A stretch of 64,000 nt of DNA, taken from NCBI GenBank assembly GCA_963662265.2, contig CAXXHA010000039.1, positions 1 through 64,000 of the forward strand, in the 5' to 3' direction. Under the pieces are notes generated by a model. It ran no database searches. It was not told the origin of the DNA and saw nothing but the letters and a program-made list of their open reading frames with translations. Each line of letters begins with the position of its first letter. Within the stretch, counting starts at the first letter, position 1. Made by a program: the position numbers and the translations under genes. This document shows positions 1 to 10,151 of this stretch, piece by piece. This DNA is from Spirochaetia bacterium. Lineage in GTDB: Bacteria; Spirochaetota; Spirochaetia; CADAEX01.

Positions 1-1316
1 TTAATGGTACAGATACAAGAAAACATAAAGCATTGTTTGAGAAAATTGCCTATGTTCCGCAGGAAATCGATTTGTTCGGACACATGTCGGTAGCTGAAAA
101 TATTTTCATGCCTTTTGAAAAGTCAGGGTTTAAAGGCGTTGTTGACCAGAAGGAACTTTACAAAAGGGCAGTACCTCTTCTTGAAAAATTTAAAATCAAT
201 GTAAGGCCTGATGATCTTGTAAAAGATATATCTGTTTCTGCCCAGCAGCTTATTCAGAGTATAAGGGCTATTGCTCATGAAGATTATGATGTCCTTATTC
301 TTGATGAGCCGACAACCAGTCTGACAACAGAAGATGCAAAAATATTATTTGATTTTATCAAGGAAATAAAAAAACAGGATAAATCAGTTGTTTTTATTTC
401 TCATAAACTTGAGGAAATCTTTGAACTTGGTGATGTAATTACAATATTTAAAAACGGACAGAAAGTTGCTTTTTCTGATATTGAAAGCGCTACAATCCCC
501 TGGGTAATAACAAAGATGACAGGTCGGAATGTAGAGCAAGACAGGGTTTTCTATTCAGATAAAGTCAGTGATGAAGTTCTTCTTGAAGTTGAGAATCTTA
601 CAGGGGCTGATTTTACAAATATAAGTTTTAAACTCAGGAAAGGTGAAATCCTCGGTTTTTCCGGACTTGTCGGTTCGGGGCGGAGCGAACTGCTTCAGGC
701 TATATTCGGTTACAGGCCGGTTTATGCGGGAAGCATAAAAATGGAAGGGAAAAAGTGGAAAACCGGCAATACCAATTATTCTGTAAATAACGGGTTTTTC
801 TATCTGCCGGAAGACAGGAAAGAGCAGGGGATTCTTCCGGTGCTGAGTATCAGGGAGAATATTTCTGTTTCGAATCTGGACAGTTTAAAAGACGGGTTAT
901 TTATTTCCGGCCGCAAGGAAAAAGAATCAGCAGAACAGGTCATAAAAACATATGACGTGAAAACTCCTGATTCTGAAAAAGCTATAAAATTCCTGAGCGG
1001 GGGAAATCAGCAGAAAGTTATAATCGGGCGTTCAATGATAGGGAAGCCGAAAGTCATGGTTTTTGACGAGCCTACAAAAGGGATAGATGTCGGGACAAAG
1101 GCTGAAATATACAGGCTGATGAAAGAGCTGGCGGAAAAAGAGGGTATTGGTATAATTCTTATTTCTTCTGAAATGGATGAAGTGAAAAAGTGCTCCAACC
1201 GGATTATTGCACTTTACAACGGAAAAAAATATGGAGAATTCCCCTATTCAGCAACAAAAGAGGAAATATTAAACGCAATTATCGGTGTAAATCAGAATAA
1301 AGGAGCAATAGAATGA
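1..1316 (+). CDS. Sugar ABC transporter ATP-binding protein (RbsA/MglA-type, tandem ABC domains), 5'-truncated by window edge
   Basis: Frame is open from position 3. Motifs LILDEPT, GLVGSGRSEL, LSGGNQQKV, FDEPTKGIDVG. Confidence 0.93.
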   Translation, partial: NGTDTRKHKALFEKIAYVPQEIDLFGHMSVAENIFMPFEKSGFKGVVDQKELYKRAVPLLEKFKINVRPDDLVKDISVSAQQLIQSIRAIAHEDYDVLILDEPTTSLTTEDAKILFDFIKEIKKQDKSVVFISHKLEEIFELGDVITIFKNGQKVAFSDIESATIPWVITKMTGRNVEQDRVFYSDKVSDEVLLEVENLTGADFTNISFKLRKGEILGFSGLVGSGRSELLQAIFGYRPVYAGSIKMEGKKWKTGNTNYSVNNGFFYLPEDRKEQGILPVLSIRENISVSNLDSLKDGLFISGRKEKESAEQVIKTYDVKTPDSEKAIKFLSGGNQQKVIIGRSMIGKPKVMVFDEPTKGIDVGTKAEIYRLMKELAEKEGIGIILISSEMDEVKKCSNRIIALYNGKKYGEFPYSATKEEILNAIIGVNQNKGAIE

Positions 1317-2322
1317 ACAGGAATATATTGGTAAATAACTCGGCAGTAAATGTTTTAAGAAGGAGTTCGCTTACAGCCATAAGCATGGTTCTTTTCTTAA
1401 TGGTAATTGTTGCCAGCATAGCTTCTCCGTATTTTCTGGATAAGTATAATATGCAGTCGCTTATAAGGGACCTTGCATTTATCGGGATGATAGGTATCGG
1501 GCAGTCTCTGCTGCTTCTTGTAGGTGAACTTGATCTTTCAGTAGGCAAGATAGCATCACTGTGCGGAATTCTTGCAGGTATGATGATGGTTTATTACGGA
1601 GTTAATTCATATATTGCTCTGTTTCTCGCCCTGATGCTTGGTGTTGTTTTCGGATGCATCAACGGCCTTCTGATAACAAAGCTGAGGCTGAATCCTCTTG
1701 TTGCAACAATAGGTATGCAGGGTGTTTATCATGGTATAAACCTTGTGCTTACAAAGGGAAAAGCTATAACAGGAATTCCTGAGAATATTTACATGCTTGG
1801 AAAGGGCCATATCGGACCTATTCCTATACCGTTTATTTTCACGTTATGTGTGCTTATTCTTGTCCTGTTTCTTACCAAGAAAACAAAAATCGGAAGATAT
1901 ATATACGCGATCGGCAACAACCGCGAGGCTGCAAAAATACTGGGCATCAAAGTTGACAGGATAAGAGTCATTATCTATGCAATTGTCGGTGCAATTTCAG
2001 CTCTTGCGGGAATCCTGTATGTGGCAAGGCTGGGGTCTTCACAGTCTTCTATCGGGGCAGCTGGCCGATGAATTCGATTGCATCTGCTGTTATCGGAGGT
2101 GTTGCACTTACAGGGGGGATTGGTAATCCTGCAGGCGCTCTTGTCGGAGCGGCAATAATAAGTGTTATTTCCAACCTGATTGTCCTTCTTGGAGTTAATG
2201 TGTACTGGCAGTCAGCAGTGAGCGGCTTTGTGGTTGTAATTGCAATATCATTCAGTTCTCTTTCAGCAATAATAAGTGAAAAAAAGCAGAAGAAGATTAA
2301 ACTGGACAGCCTCGAAAAATAA
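1313..2322 (+). CDS. Sugar ABC transporter permease (RbsC-type), split by a one-base frameshift near 2055
   Basis: ORFs 1313-2071 and 2068-2322 are the N- and C-halves (GELDLSVG, GRYIYAIGNN, SIASAVIGG). Adding one G to the gggg run at 2054-2057 gives continuous SSIGGSWPMNSIAS. Confidence 0.88.
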
Positions 2323-2399
2323 ATAATTGATAAAACTTGTTTTATCAATAGCGGCAGAGACTTTCCCGGAGGGAAAGTGCTCGAAAACGTATTAAGGAG

Positions 2400-3293
2400 T
2401 TGATTGTGGAAATTGGATTAAACCTCTCTTTCGCAGTTAAAAGATGGACTGAACCTCTGCAGCTTGCAAAGATGTGCAGAAACGACTTTGGAGTCAAGCA
2501 TATCCAGTTTACATGGGACCTTATAGATCCCTGGTGGCCTGATAATGAGAGAAACCATCTTGTGAGGGAGTATAAAGATGCATTTGAATCTGAAGGGCTT
2601 GTAATTGATGCAACATTCGGGGGTATTGCCGGATATATTTATTCACAGCTTCTCTCCCCGTCTGAAACTCAGAGAAAAATCTCATTTGAATTTTTTAAAA
2701 GAGCAATAGATCTGACACTGGAAATGGGGGCAGGTGTTATGGGTACGCCGGTCGGAGGGATGTCTTATAACGATTCCAGAAACCCATCAAGAAGGTCTGA
2801 GCTTTACAGCATAATGCTTGAATATATCAGAAATCTTGCATCGTACGGAAAAGAGAAAGGGCTTTCAGAAATACATATCGAGGCAACTCCGCTTAATACG
2901 GAGTTTCCCCACAGCCCTGATGTCAGCCTGAAAATGATGCAGGATCTCGAAGGGACTGAAATACCTGTAAAACTTCTTATTGACTGGGGGCATGCTCTTT
3001 ACAAGCCTCTTCTTGAAAATGAGGCAGATATGCAGCTGTGGCTTGAAAAATGCAGACCCTATCTCGGTTCAATACATCTTCAGCAGACTGACGGAATGCT
3101 TGACCGTCACTGGGATTTTACAAAAAAGGGAATTGTTACTCCTGGACTGATCAGGAAAACAGCAGAGGCAACAAAAACGGAAGATGTGATTCAGTATCTC
3201 GAAGTTGTGACAATTTTTGAAGATACAGATGAAAATGTTTATGAGGGAATGAAAAAGACAATGGATTTTCTTCATAAGGAACTCAACTGGTAA
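2400..3293 (+). CDS. Xylose-isomerase-like TIM-barrel sugar-phosphate epimerase/isomerase (EryC-like)
   Basis: Metal-ligand pattern HIE...DWGH...IHLQQTDG...H...YLE. N-terminus GLNLSFAVKRWTEP...IQFTWDLIDPWWP resembles the erythrulose-1-P 3-epimerase family (recognised from memory). SD aggag upstream. Confidence 0.72.
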   Translation: MIVEIGLNLSFAVKRWTEPLQLAKMCRNDFGVKHIQFTWDLIDPWWPDNERNHLVREYKDAFESEGLVIDATFGGIAGYIYSQLLSPSETQRKISFEFFKRAIDLTLEMGAGVMGTPVGGMSYNDSRNPSRRSELYSIMLEYIRNLASYGKEKGLSEIHIEATPLNTEFPHSPDVSLKMMQDLEGTEIPVKLLIDWGHALYKPLLENEADMQLWLEKCRPYLGSIHLQQTDGMLDRHWDFTKKGIVTPGLIRKTAEATKTEDVIQYLEVVTIFEDTDENVYEGMKKTMDFLHKELNW

Positions 3294-3312
3294 TCATTAA
3301 GGAGTATTTGTC

Positions 3313-3876
3313 ATGGAATATGCAGAATTGTATCAGACTGTGCAGAAAGAGCATGAAAAAGTTTTCAGGAAACTTGATGTTGATAATCTGAACAGGTTTA
3401 TTGATGCGGTTAAAAAATATAACAGAATTTTTCTGATAGGAGTTGGCCGCGAAGGTCTGGCAACAAGGGCTTTTGCAATGAGGCTCATGCATATGAACAA
3501 GGAGATCCACTGGATATGGGATGACACAACACCCAGTATTCAGAAAGGGGATCTTTTAATTGCAACTCTGGGTGACGGGCAGATTGGTCATATAGATTAT
3601 GTCTGCAGAAAAGCAAAAGAGGCAGGAGCCTTTATTTATGTTGTAACAGGATCTCCTAATGGTAAAACCGCCCTTAATATTTCTGATGATGTGTTTTTTA
3701 TTCCGGCAGCTGTCTACAGGGGAACATATGATGTAGTTCCCTCATCTCAGCCGATGGGCAATCTTTTTGAACAGTGCCTTTTCATAATTTTCGACATCAT
3801 TGTGATGATGGTTGTCGACAGTTCTGAAGATATCAGCTTTGAAAAAATGTCATCCAGGCACAGGAATGTTGAATAA
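3313..3876 (+). CDS. SIS-domain sugar-phosphate isomerase (6-phospho-3-hexuloisomerase-like)
   Basis: Motifs GVGREGL..RAFAMRLMHM, QPMGNLFEQ and C-terminal RHRNVE match the Phi/HxlB pattern. Confidence 0.85.
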   Translation: MEYAELYQTVQKEHEKVFRKLDVDNLNRFIDAVKKYNRIFLIGVGREGLATRAFAMRLMHMNKEIHWIWDDTTPSIQKGDLLIATLGDGQIGHIDYVCRKAKEAGAFIYVVTGSPNGKTALNISDDVFFIPAAVYRGTYDVVPSSQPMGNLFEQCLFIIFDIIVMMVVDSSEDISFEKMSSRHRNVE

Positions 3877-3894
3877 ATCTAGCAGGAGAAAAAG

Positions 3895-4899
3895 ATGAAA
3901 AAAATTATAAATAAAGATTCAAATATAGTTGAAGAAATGTTTTCAGGTTTTTTATCTGCATACAGCAGATATTATGAAAGGATCAATAACAATACAGCGT
4001 TTTCCTACAGGGAGAGAAGGAAAGACAAGGTATCTATTGTTATTGGCGGTGGTAGTGGACATGAACCCCTTTTCAGCGGATTTTCAGGTATGGGACTGGC
4101 TGATGCAGTTGTTTCAGGAAATGTATTTGCTGCGCCAAACCCTCAGATTATTTTCGAAACAGCTCAGGCGGTAAATGACGGAAAAGGGGTTCTTTTTATA
4201 TATGGAAATTATGCAGGCGACAATATGAATTTTGATGTTGCCGAAGAAATGTGTGATCTTGAAGATATTGAAACAGCTCATGTAAGGGTCTGGGATGACT
4301 GCGCATCTGCTCCAAAGGAAAGGTTTGATTCAAGAAGAGGTGTGGCAGGCGATGTCTTTGTCATAAAGATTGCAGGTGCCGCGGCAGATGAAGGGCATGA
4401 TCTTGAAGAAGTTGTAAGGATAACTGAAAAGGCGAGAGACAATATTAATACAATCGGGCTTGCTACTGCTCCGGGTTCCATACCGGGACTTGATAAGCCG
4501 ACATTTGAACTGGGAGAAGATGAGATTGAATTCGGTATGGGCCTGCATGGGGAACCGGGAATTGAAAGGACAAAGATGCAGAGCGCGGATAAGCTTGTTG
4601 AAAGAATGTATTCTGAAATAAGAAAAGAGATGGATCTTGAAAAAGGGGATGAAATTGCAGTCCTTGTAAACGGGCTTGGATCCACAACAATGCTTGAACT
4701 GAACATTGTCTATAACGAGCTTGGCAAACTTTTGGACAAAGACAGTCTTTCAGTTCACGATGCTGAAATTAAAAGCTACTGTACATGCCAGGAGATGGGA
4801 GGTTTTTCAATCACAATTCTTAAGCTTGATGATGAACTGAAGAAGTACTACGACAAGCCATGTTTTTCACCATACTATTCAAGAGGGGAAATAAAGTAA
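3895..4899 (+). CDS. dhaK: Dihydroxyacetone kinase family subunit K (Dak1)
   Basis: GGGSGHEP, NYAGDNMNF, RRGVAG, GMGLHGEPG, VNGLGST. Confidence 0.93.
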   Translation: MKKIINKDSNIVEEMFSGFLSAYSRYYERINNNTAFSYRERRKDKVSIVIGGGSGHEPLFSGFSGMGLADAVVSGNVFAAPNPQIIFETAQAVNDGKGVLFIYGNYAGDNMNFDVAEEMCDLEDIETAHVRVWDDCASAPKERFDSRRGVAGDVFVIKIAGAAADEGHDLEEVVRITEKARDNINTIGLATAPGSIPGLDKPTFELGEDEIEFGMGLHGEPGIERTKMQSADKLVERMYSEIRKEMDLEKGDEIAVLVNGLGSTTMLELNIVYNELGKLLDKDSLSVHDAEIKSYCTCQEMGGFSITILKLDDELKKYYDKPCFSPYYSRGEIK

Positions 4900-5528
4900 T
4901 GAAAACAATCAGTATAGAAAAAACTGCTGAAATGATTATCGCATCATGTGATTCAATAGTTGCAAGCAAAGACCTGCTTACAGAAGTTGACAGTAAAATC
5001 GGTGACGGAGATCATGGTATCGGGATGTCAGGGGGAATGGCGAAAGCAAAAGATGAACTCCTTGCAAAAGCACCTTTTGAAGATATAAACACAGTATTCA
5101 AGACTGCCGGAATGGCAATGCTCAATTCAATGGGCGGGGCATCCGGAGTTATATTCGGCTCTCTTTTTCTCGGAGGAATAAAAAAGCTGGAGAAAATTAC
5201 AGAACTTGACGGAGAGACTTTTTCATTGATGATGAGGAAAGCCCTTGATACGGTAAAGATGAGGGGAAAGGCTGAAGTGGGTGACAAGACAATGGTGGAT
5301 GCTCTCGAACCTGCAGTCCTTGCAATGGAAGCTCTTGAAGATAAAAGCGATCTCAGGAAAGTTCTGGAAGCTGCCTCTTCAGCTGCTGAAAAAGGTGTTG
5401 AAGACTCGAAAAAATATATTGCCAAATTCGGCAAGGCACAGTACCTGGGGGAAAGGGCAGTAGGTTTTCAGGATGCCGGTGCCACATCAATTTCTATAAT
5501 ATTCAAATCAATGTTTGAATATCTCTAA
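4899..5528 (+). CDS. dhaL: Dihydroxyacetone kinase family subunit L (Dak2)
   Basis: DSKIGDGDHG, GGASG, GDKTMVDAL, DAGATS. ATG at 4899 overlaps the dhaK stop (TAATG). Confidence 0.93.
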   Translation: MKTISIEKTAEMIIASCDSIVASKDLLTEVDSKIGDGDHGIGMSGGMAKAKDELLAKAPFEDINTVFKTAGMAMLNSMGGASGVIFGSLFLGGIKKLEKITELDGETFSLMMRKALDTVKMRGKAEVGDKTMVDALEPAVLAMEALEDKSDLRKVLEAASSAAEKGVEDSKKYIAKFGKAQYLGERAVGFQDAGATSISIIFKSMFEYL

Positions 5529-5602
5529 ACCTATATCGAGTGCATTGTATTACTTCCTGTTTGCGATGCACTCATCTTTTTGAAAATCGTTAGAGGGTAA
5601 AA

Positions 5603-6403
5603 ATGCTCGATAAATTATATATTGGAACAAACACCAAGATGTTTAAGACTGCATCTGAAACTGCTGATTTTCTGAAAACTCTTTACAGTTTGACATCAGA
5701 TATAAGCAGGAGTGTAATTGAGCTGTTTGTAATTCCGTCATATACATCGCTGTATAAGGCAAGAGAAACTGTAAGCAGTTCCCAGATAAAACTTGGCGCT
5801 CAGAATATTTCCTGGGAGGACAGAGGTCAGTTTACCGGAGAGATATCTCCCCTGATGCTGAAGGAAACCGGGATTGATATGGTTATGATAGGTCATTCGG
5901 AAAGAAGGCATATTTTCGGTGAAAAAGATGCTGAAGAGAATCTTAAAGTTCTGACTGCCCTGAAGCATGGGTTTACAGCACTTCTGTGCATCGGAGAAAC
6001 CGAAGAGCAGAAGGAAAGCGGGATATCTGATGAAGTTCTGCGGTCCCAGGTGAAATGCGGACTGATGAATGTTTCAGGTGATATGGTTTCAAAAGTGTGG
6101 ATAGCCTATGAACCTGTCTGGGCAATAGGGGTCAATGGAAAACCTGCCACTTCTGAATATGCGGATGAAAAGCACTGTGTTATTAAATCCTGTCTGAAGG
6201 AGCTTTACGGTGATGAAGCAGGAAATGAAATCCCTGTACTGTACGGAGGAAGTGTCAATAATAAAAACTCATTAGAACTTATAAGGAAGGAGAGTATTGA
6301 CGGGCTTTTCATAGGCAGGAACGCATGGGATGCTGAAAATTTCAACAGTATAATAAGGGATGTTCTTCCCCTTTTTCAGGAAAGAAAAAACAGTAAACAA
6401 TAA
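5603..6403 (+). CDS. Triosephosphate isomerase family paralogue (LerI/EryH-like tetrulose-phosphate isomerase candidate)
   Basis: GHSERR, AYEPVWAIG, LYGGSV present, but with GTNTKM (not GNWKM) and GLFIGR (not GALVGGAS), as in non-housekeeping TIM paralogues. Confidence 0.85.
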   Translation: MLDKLYIGTNTKMFKTASETADFLKTLYSLTSDISRSVIELFVIPSYTSLYKARETVSSSQIKLGAQNISWEDRGQFTGEISPLMLKETGIDMVMIGHSERRHIFGEKDAEENLKVLTALKHGFTALLCIGETEEQKESGISDEVLRSQVKCGLMNVSGDMVSKVWIAYEPVWAIGVNGKPATSEYADEKHCVIKSCLKELYGDEAGNEIPVLYGGSVNNKNSLELIRKESIDGLFIGRNAWDAENFNSIIRDVLPLFQERKNSKQ

Positions 6404-6590
6404 ACAGACAGTAGTTGAAAAATTATGTAATAAGGGAATCTCTGAAAATTCAGTTTTTAGGATTCCCACTTTCTGAGACAGGTGCCTTGCGTGAGGTATA
6501 AAAGGCGTCTTTGAATATGGTTTTATGAACATGTTGAAAGCATGGTGAAATCGCTTATACAGTAATCCGGATAGATACAGGCGGTATGTT

Positions 6591-8132
6591 ATGAAAAGTA
6601 AATATTTAATGGGAATAGATGTCGGGACTTCGGGATGTAAAGTCATACTTGTTGATGAGAAGGGGGAGGTTACAGGTTCTGCCATATCTTCTCTTGATAT
6701 TATATCGGAAAGACAGGGATATTCGGAGCAGGACCCGGACAGCTGGTGGGAAGCTGTAAAGATAAGCATTTCAAAACTGAAGGGAAAATACTCTGATCAG
6801 TTCACCAGAATAGCCGCGATTGGACTTTCCGCCCAGATGCACGGACTTGTTGCTCTTGACAGGAATCATGCTGTTGTGAGAAGGGCAATTCTGTGGAACG
6901 ACCAGAGAACGGTAAAACAGTGCAGGGAAATATACAGCATAGCAGGAGGAGAGGATAACCTTCTTGAATATACAAACAACAGGATGCTGCCGGGATATAC
7001 AGCCGGAAAAATACTCTGGCTGAGAGAGTTTGAAGCTGCGAACTACAGCAGGTGTAAGTATTTTATTAACCCCAAGGATTATATCAGGCTGCGCCTGACT
7101 GGAGATATTGCCACAGATGTTTCCGATGCTTCAGGTACAGGCCTCTTTGATGTGAAGAAAAGGCGCTGGAATGAAGAGCTTTTGAAAATGCTTCAGATAC
7201 CCGGAGAAAAACTTCCTGCTGTTTATGAGTCATCTGAAATAACCGGAACTGTTTCTGATTCTGCCGCTTCGGAACTTGGTATAAGTCCCGGTATCCCTGT
7301 ATCGGGAGGCGGGGGTGATGCCGTTATCCAGACAACAGGTTCCGGAATTATTGACAGCAGCAAGATAATGACAACTATCGGAACTTCAGGTGTTGTTGCC
7401 TCCGGTACAGGTGAATTCCGGAAAAACGAAGGGGGGCTTGTACAGTTTTTTGCAAACAACATGGCAGATACTTATCATGTTATGGGGGTAACGCTTTCGG
7501 CCGGGGCAAGCTACAAATGGTTTGCAGAGCTTCTTAAAAATGATTTTAAAAGAATTGCATCTGAAAAAGGGAAAGACAGTGTCTATGAGTATCTCAATTC
7601 ATTCGCATCAGAATCAGTTCCAGGAAGCGGAAATCTCCTTTATCTTCCATACCTGAACGGGGAAAGATGTCCCCATACAGATCCGGCGGCACGGGCATGC
7701 TTCATAGGCCTTACCTTGCGCCACAGCCTTGGAGACATGGTGAGGTCTGTTCTTGAAGGGGTTATTTTCAGCCTCAGAGATGTTTATGAGCTTGTAAGCA
7801 AGGTTAACGGGAACAGGGCTGTTGATGAGATCCGTACATCTGGAGGAGGGGCAAAGAGTCCTCTGTGGAGACAGATTCATGCCGATGTATTTCAGCTTCC
7901 GGTTACAACTGTCAGCGGTGCATCTGAGGGGGGTGCCTACGGAGCAGCCCTTGTTGCCGGTGTGTCTGCAGAAATTTGGAATAATATAGATGAAGCTGTT
8001 TCAAATATCAGGGTTGTTACAAGGACTGAGCCCAATCTGTTGAATAAAGATATTTATGATGATTTGTACTTTACATATAAAGATCTTTACAAAAGCCTCA
8101 GGCCTGCCTTTGAAAGGCTGAAAGAGAAATAA
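6591..8132 (+). CDS. xylB: FGGY-family carbohydrate kinase, xylulokinase-like
   Basis: GIDVGTSGCK, QMHG, ILWNDQRT, DASGT, PYLNGERCP, GGGAKSPLWRQI. The true substrate is not established. Confidence 0.82.
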   Translation: MKSKYLMGIDVGTSGCKVILVDEKGEVTGSAISSLDIISERQGYSEQDPDSWWEAVKISISKLKGKYSDQFTRIAAIGLSAQMHGLVALDRNHAVVRRAILWNDQRTVKQCREIYSIAGGEDNLLEYTNNRMLPGYTAGKILWLREFEAANYSRCKYFINPKDYIRLRLTGDIATDVSDASGTGLFDVKKRRWNEELLKMLQIPGEKLPAVYESSEITGTVSDSAASELGISPGIPVSGGGGDAVIQTTGSGIIDSSKIMTTIGTSGVVASGTGEFRKNEGGLVQFFANNMADTYHVMGVTLSAGASYKWFAELLKNDFKRIASEKGKDSVYEYLNSFASESVPGSGNLLYLPYLNGERCPHTDPAARACFIGLTLRHSLGDMVRSVLEGVIFSLRDVYELVSKVNGNRAVDEIRTSGGGAKSPLWRQIHADVFQLPVTTVSGASEGGAYGAALVAGVSAEIWNNIDEAVSNIRVVTRTEPNLLNKDIYDDLYFTYKDLYKSLRPAFERLKEK

Positions 8133-8150
8133 GGAATTTATAATACAGCT

Positions 8151-8924
8151 TTAAACATACAGCTTTGATTCCGGATAACCCATTTCCCTGGAGATCTTCA
8201 ATGCTGTATTAACTATGCACTCAGACATTTCCCTGAACTTTTCATCTGTCAGGGTATATTTAATAGTTACAATACTTATTGCGGCAATCGGTTCAGAAAG
8301 GTGGTTGTAAATAGGGGCAGCAACGCAGTATATACCTTCTTCATTCTCTTCGTTGTCAATTGAAAAACCTCTTTCTCTTGTTTTTTTCAATTCATCCTTT
8401 AAATCTGATTTTTTTATAATTGTTTTTTCTGTTACCTTTGGAAGACCATACTGTTTTATTATTTCATCGCTTTTCTTTACTTTATAAGCTGACAGTAATG
8501 CTTTTCCAAGCCCTGTACAATGCATGGGAGCCTGCATCCCAACTTCGAACGCAGGCTGCAGAGTTGCACCTGTATGAACGCTTTTATCGAGATATACAAT
8601 TTTACCGTTATTTTCAACAGCCAGAAATCCTATACTGTTTGTGCATTGAGAAGCTTCATCAAGATGGGTATGTGCAATTTTTCTCAGATTTATGCTGTCC
8701 AGGCATTTTGTTCCGATTGTCAGTAATTTAATTCCAAGTGAGTATGATTTTATACTGTCATCTGTTACGGTAAGAATATTCAATTCGACTAAACTCTGAA
8801 GTATTTCAAATATTGTTGTTTTTGGCGCATCTATAACTTCATTGATTTCTGCAAGAGGTAGGGGTCTTTCTTCTTTCACAATCAGATCTATAATTCTGAA
8901 AGCTCTGCTGATTGATTTATTCAT
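8151..8924 (-). CDS. IclR-family transcriptional regulator
   Basis: N-terminal HTH (SISRAFRII...PKTTIFEILQSL); C-terminal HCTGLGKALL, RGFSIDNEE, CVAAPI. Confidence 0.93.
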   Translation of the reverse strand: MNKSISRAFRIIDLIVKEERPLPLAEINEVIDAPKTTIFEILQSLVELNILTVTDDSIKSYSLGIKLLTIGTKCLDSINLRKIAHTHLDEASQCTNSIGFLAVENNGKIVYLDKSVHTGATLQPAFEVGMQAPMHCTGLGKALLSAYKVKKSDEIIKQYGLPKVTEKTIIKKSDLKDELKKTRERGFSIDNEENEEGIYCVAAPIYNHLSEPIAAISIVTIKYTLTDEKFREMSECIVNTALKISREMGYPESKLYV

Positions 8925-8954
8925 TATGATTATTCTTCCTTAATGTATAATAGT

Positions 8955-8989
8955 AAAAAAAGTATAATTTGAATAATTATACTTTTTTT
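8955..8989. terminator. AT-rich 15-bp inverted repeat between the DapA-like gene and iclR (terminator or operator)
   Basis: aaaaaaagtataatt-tgaat-aattatacttttttt. Confidence 0.45.
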
Positions 8990-9093
8990 ATCTTTATGAG
9001 TCACCCCTTGTTGAAGCTTCTTTCAGTATCAGTAACGAAAATTTTAATAAATGATTTCGCCTGTAAATATCCTGTTCTTAAGAGCAGTACTGG

Positions 9094-9990
9094 TTATTTA
9101 AGGAAGCCGCTTTCTCTCAGGTCTTTTTCTATAAAAAGTTTCTGATCCTCTGTGAGATATTTAAGCGGTCTTCTGGGATTGCCTCCTGAAAATCCTGCAA
9201 GTTCCATAGCATGTTTTACTCCTGCAACTCCGTAGCTTCCTGATACTTTTTTATTTAGCGATACAATTTCTTCTTTGAGTTTTAAAGCTTCCTCTGTTTT
9301 CCCTCCTGTATAAAGGCTGTATAGTTCTGCACATTTATCAGGAAATACATTTGCAAGAGAAAGAACTCCGCCTGTACCGCCTGCTTCAAGAAGATCGAAA
9401 AAATAGCCGGCAGATCCTGCAAGGACAGAGAAATCATCAGAATCAAATTTCACCAGTTCAGGCCATGAATCTTTTGAACTGTCTTTGATTCCTGCTACCA
9501 TTGGATGGTCTTTTACTCTGCTTATTACAGCTGCCGGGATAGTAATACCGGCAGCAACAGAAGGATTGTTATATAGAAGAACCGGTACCGGCGAATTATC
9601 TGCAACTTCAATAATATGTGAAACCATAACATCTTCATCAATCTTTGCAGCAAAGAAATTAGGCATAAGGAGACTTACAAGTTTTACACCCATATCAGAT
9701 GCTTTTTTTGTCATGATAATTGATTCATAAGTACTTTCACAGCCTGTCCCTGCCATAATAACTTTATCATCACTTGAATACTTGATATATGTTTCAAGAA
9801 CCTTGAATTTTTCAGATTCTGTTAGTGTTTTATACTCGCCGTTTGTTCCAAGGACAAAATATCCTTTAAGCCCTGACCGGTTCAGTTTTTCTATGTTTTT
9901 CTCCAGCCCTGTATAATCAACTTTATCATTTGTAAATGGAGTACAGTTCGGTGAAAAAACACCTGAAAGCATTTTTTTAGTCTTATTCAT
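9094..9990 (-). CDS. DapA/NAL-family class I aldolase (4-hydroxy-2-oxoacid aldolase-like)
   Basis: GTNGE, LYNNP and Schiff-base lysine in GIKDSS. It lacks the GTTGE and Arg signature of true DapA. Confidence 0.88.
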   Translation of the reverse strand: MNKTKKMLSGVFSPNCTPFTNDKVDYTGLEKNIEKLNRSGLKGYFVLGTNGEYKTLTESEKFKVLETYIKYSSDDKVIMAGTGCESTYESIIMTKKASDMGVKLVSLLMPNFFAAKIDEDVMVSHIIEVADNSPVPVLLYNNPSVAAGITIPAAVISRVKDHPMVAGIKDSSKDSWPELVKFDSDDFSVLAGSAGYFFDLLEAGGTGGVLSLANVFPDKCAELYSLYTGGKTEEALKLKEEIVSLNKKVSGSYGVAGVKHAMELAGFSGGNPRRPLKYLTEDQKLFIEKDLRESGFLK

Positions 9991-10151
9991 TTTTATCCCC
10001 TTGTTTAAGAAAAATAATTTCTTCAGCAGCTTTTTTCACAGAAAGAGCTTTGCTATACGATAATTCCGGGTAGTTATTACTGCCGGCTGTTATTGTAAAA
10101 AAGCTTAGCAGTTGGAAATCCTGCAGTCAATCCTGAAAGATGTAAAAAGCG

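Noticed and set aside
5603-6403. Housekeeping tpiA
   Set aside because: Non-canonical N-terminal and phosphate-loop motifs and its position in a sugar catabolic operon indicate a specialised paralogue.
6272-6769. 165-aa minus-strand ORF and the many other 60-165 aa antisense or overlapping ORFs in the track
   Set aside because: They lie opposite or within well-supported genes, lack SD sequences and domain motifs, and read as shadow ORFs.
9094-9990. dapA of lysine biosynthesis
   Set aside because: GTNGE instead of GTTGE, no DapA-specific Arg motif, no dapB/asd nearby, and a catabolic context.
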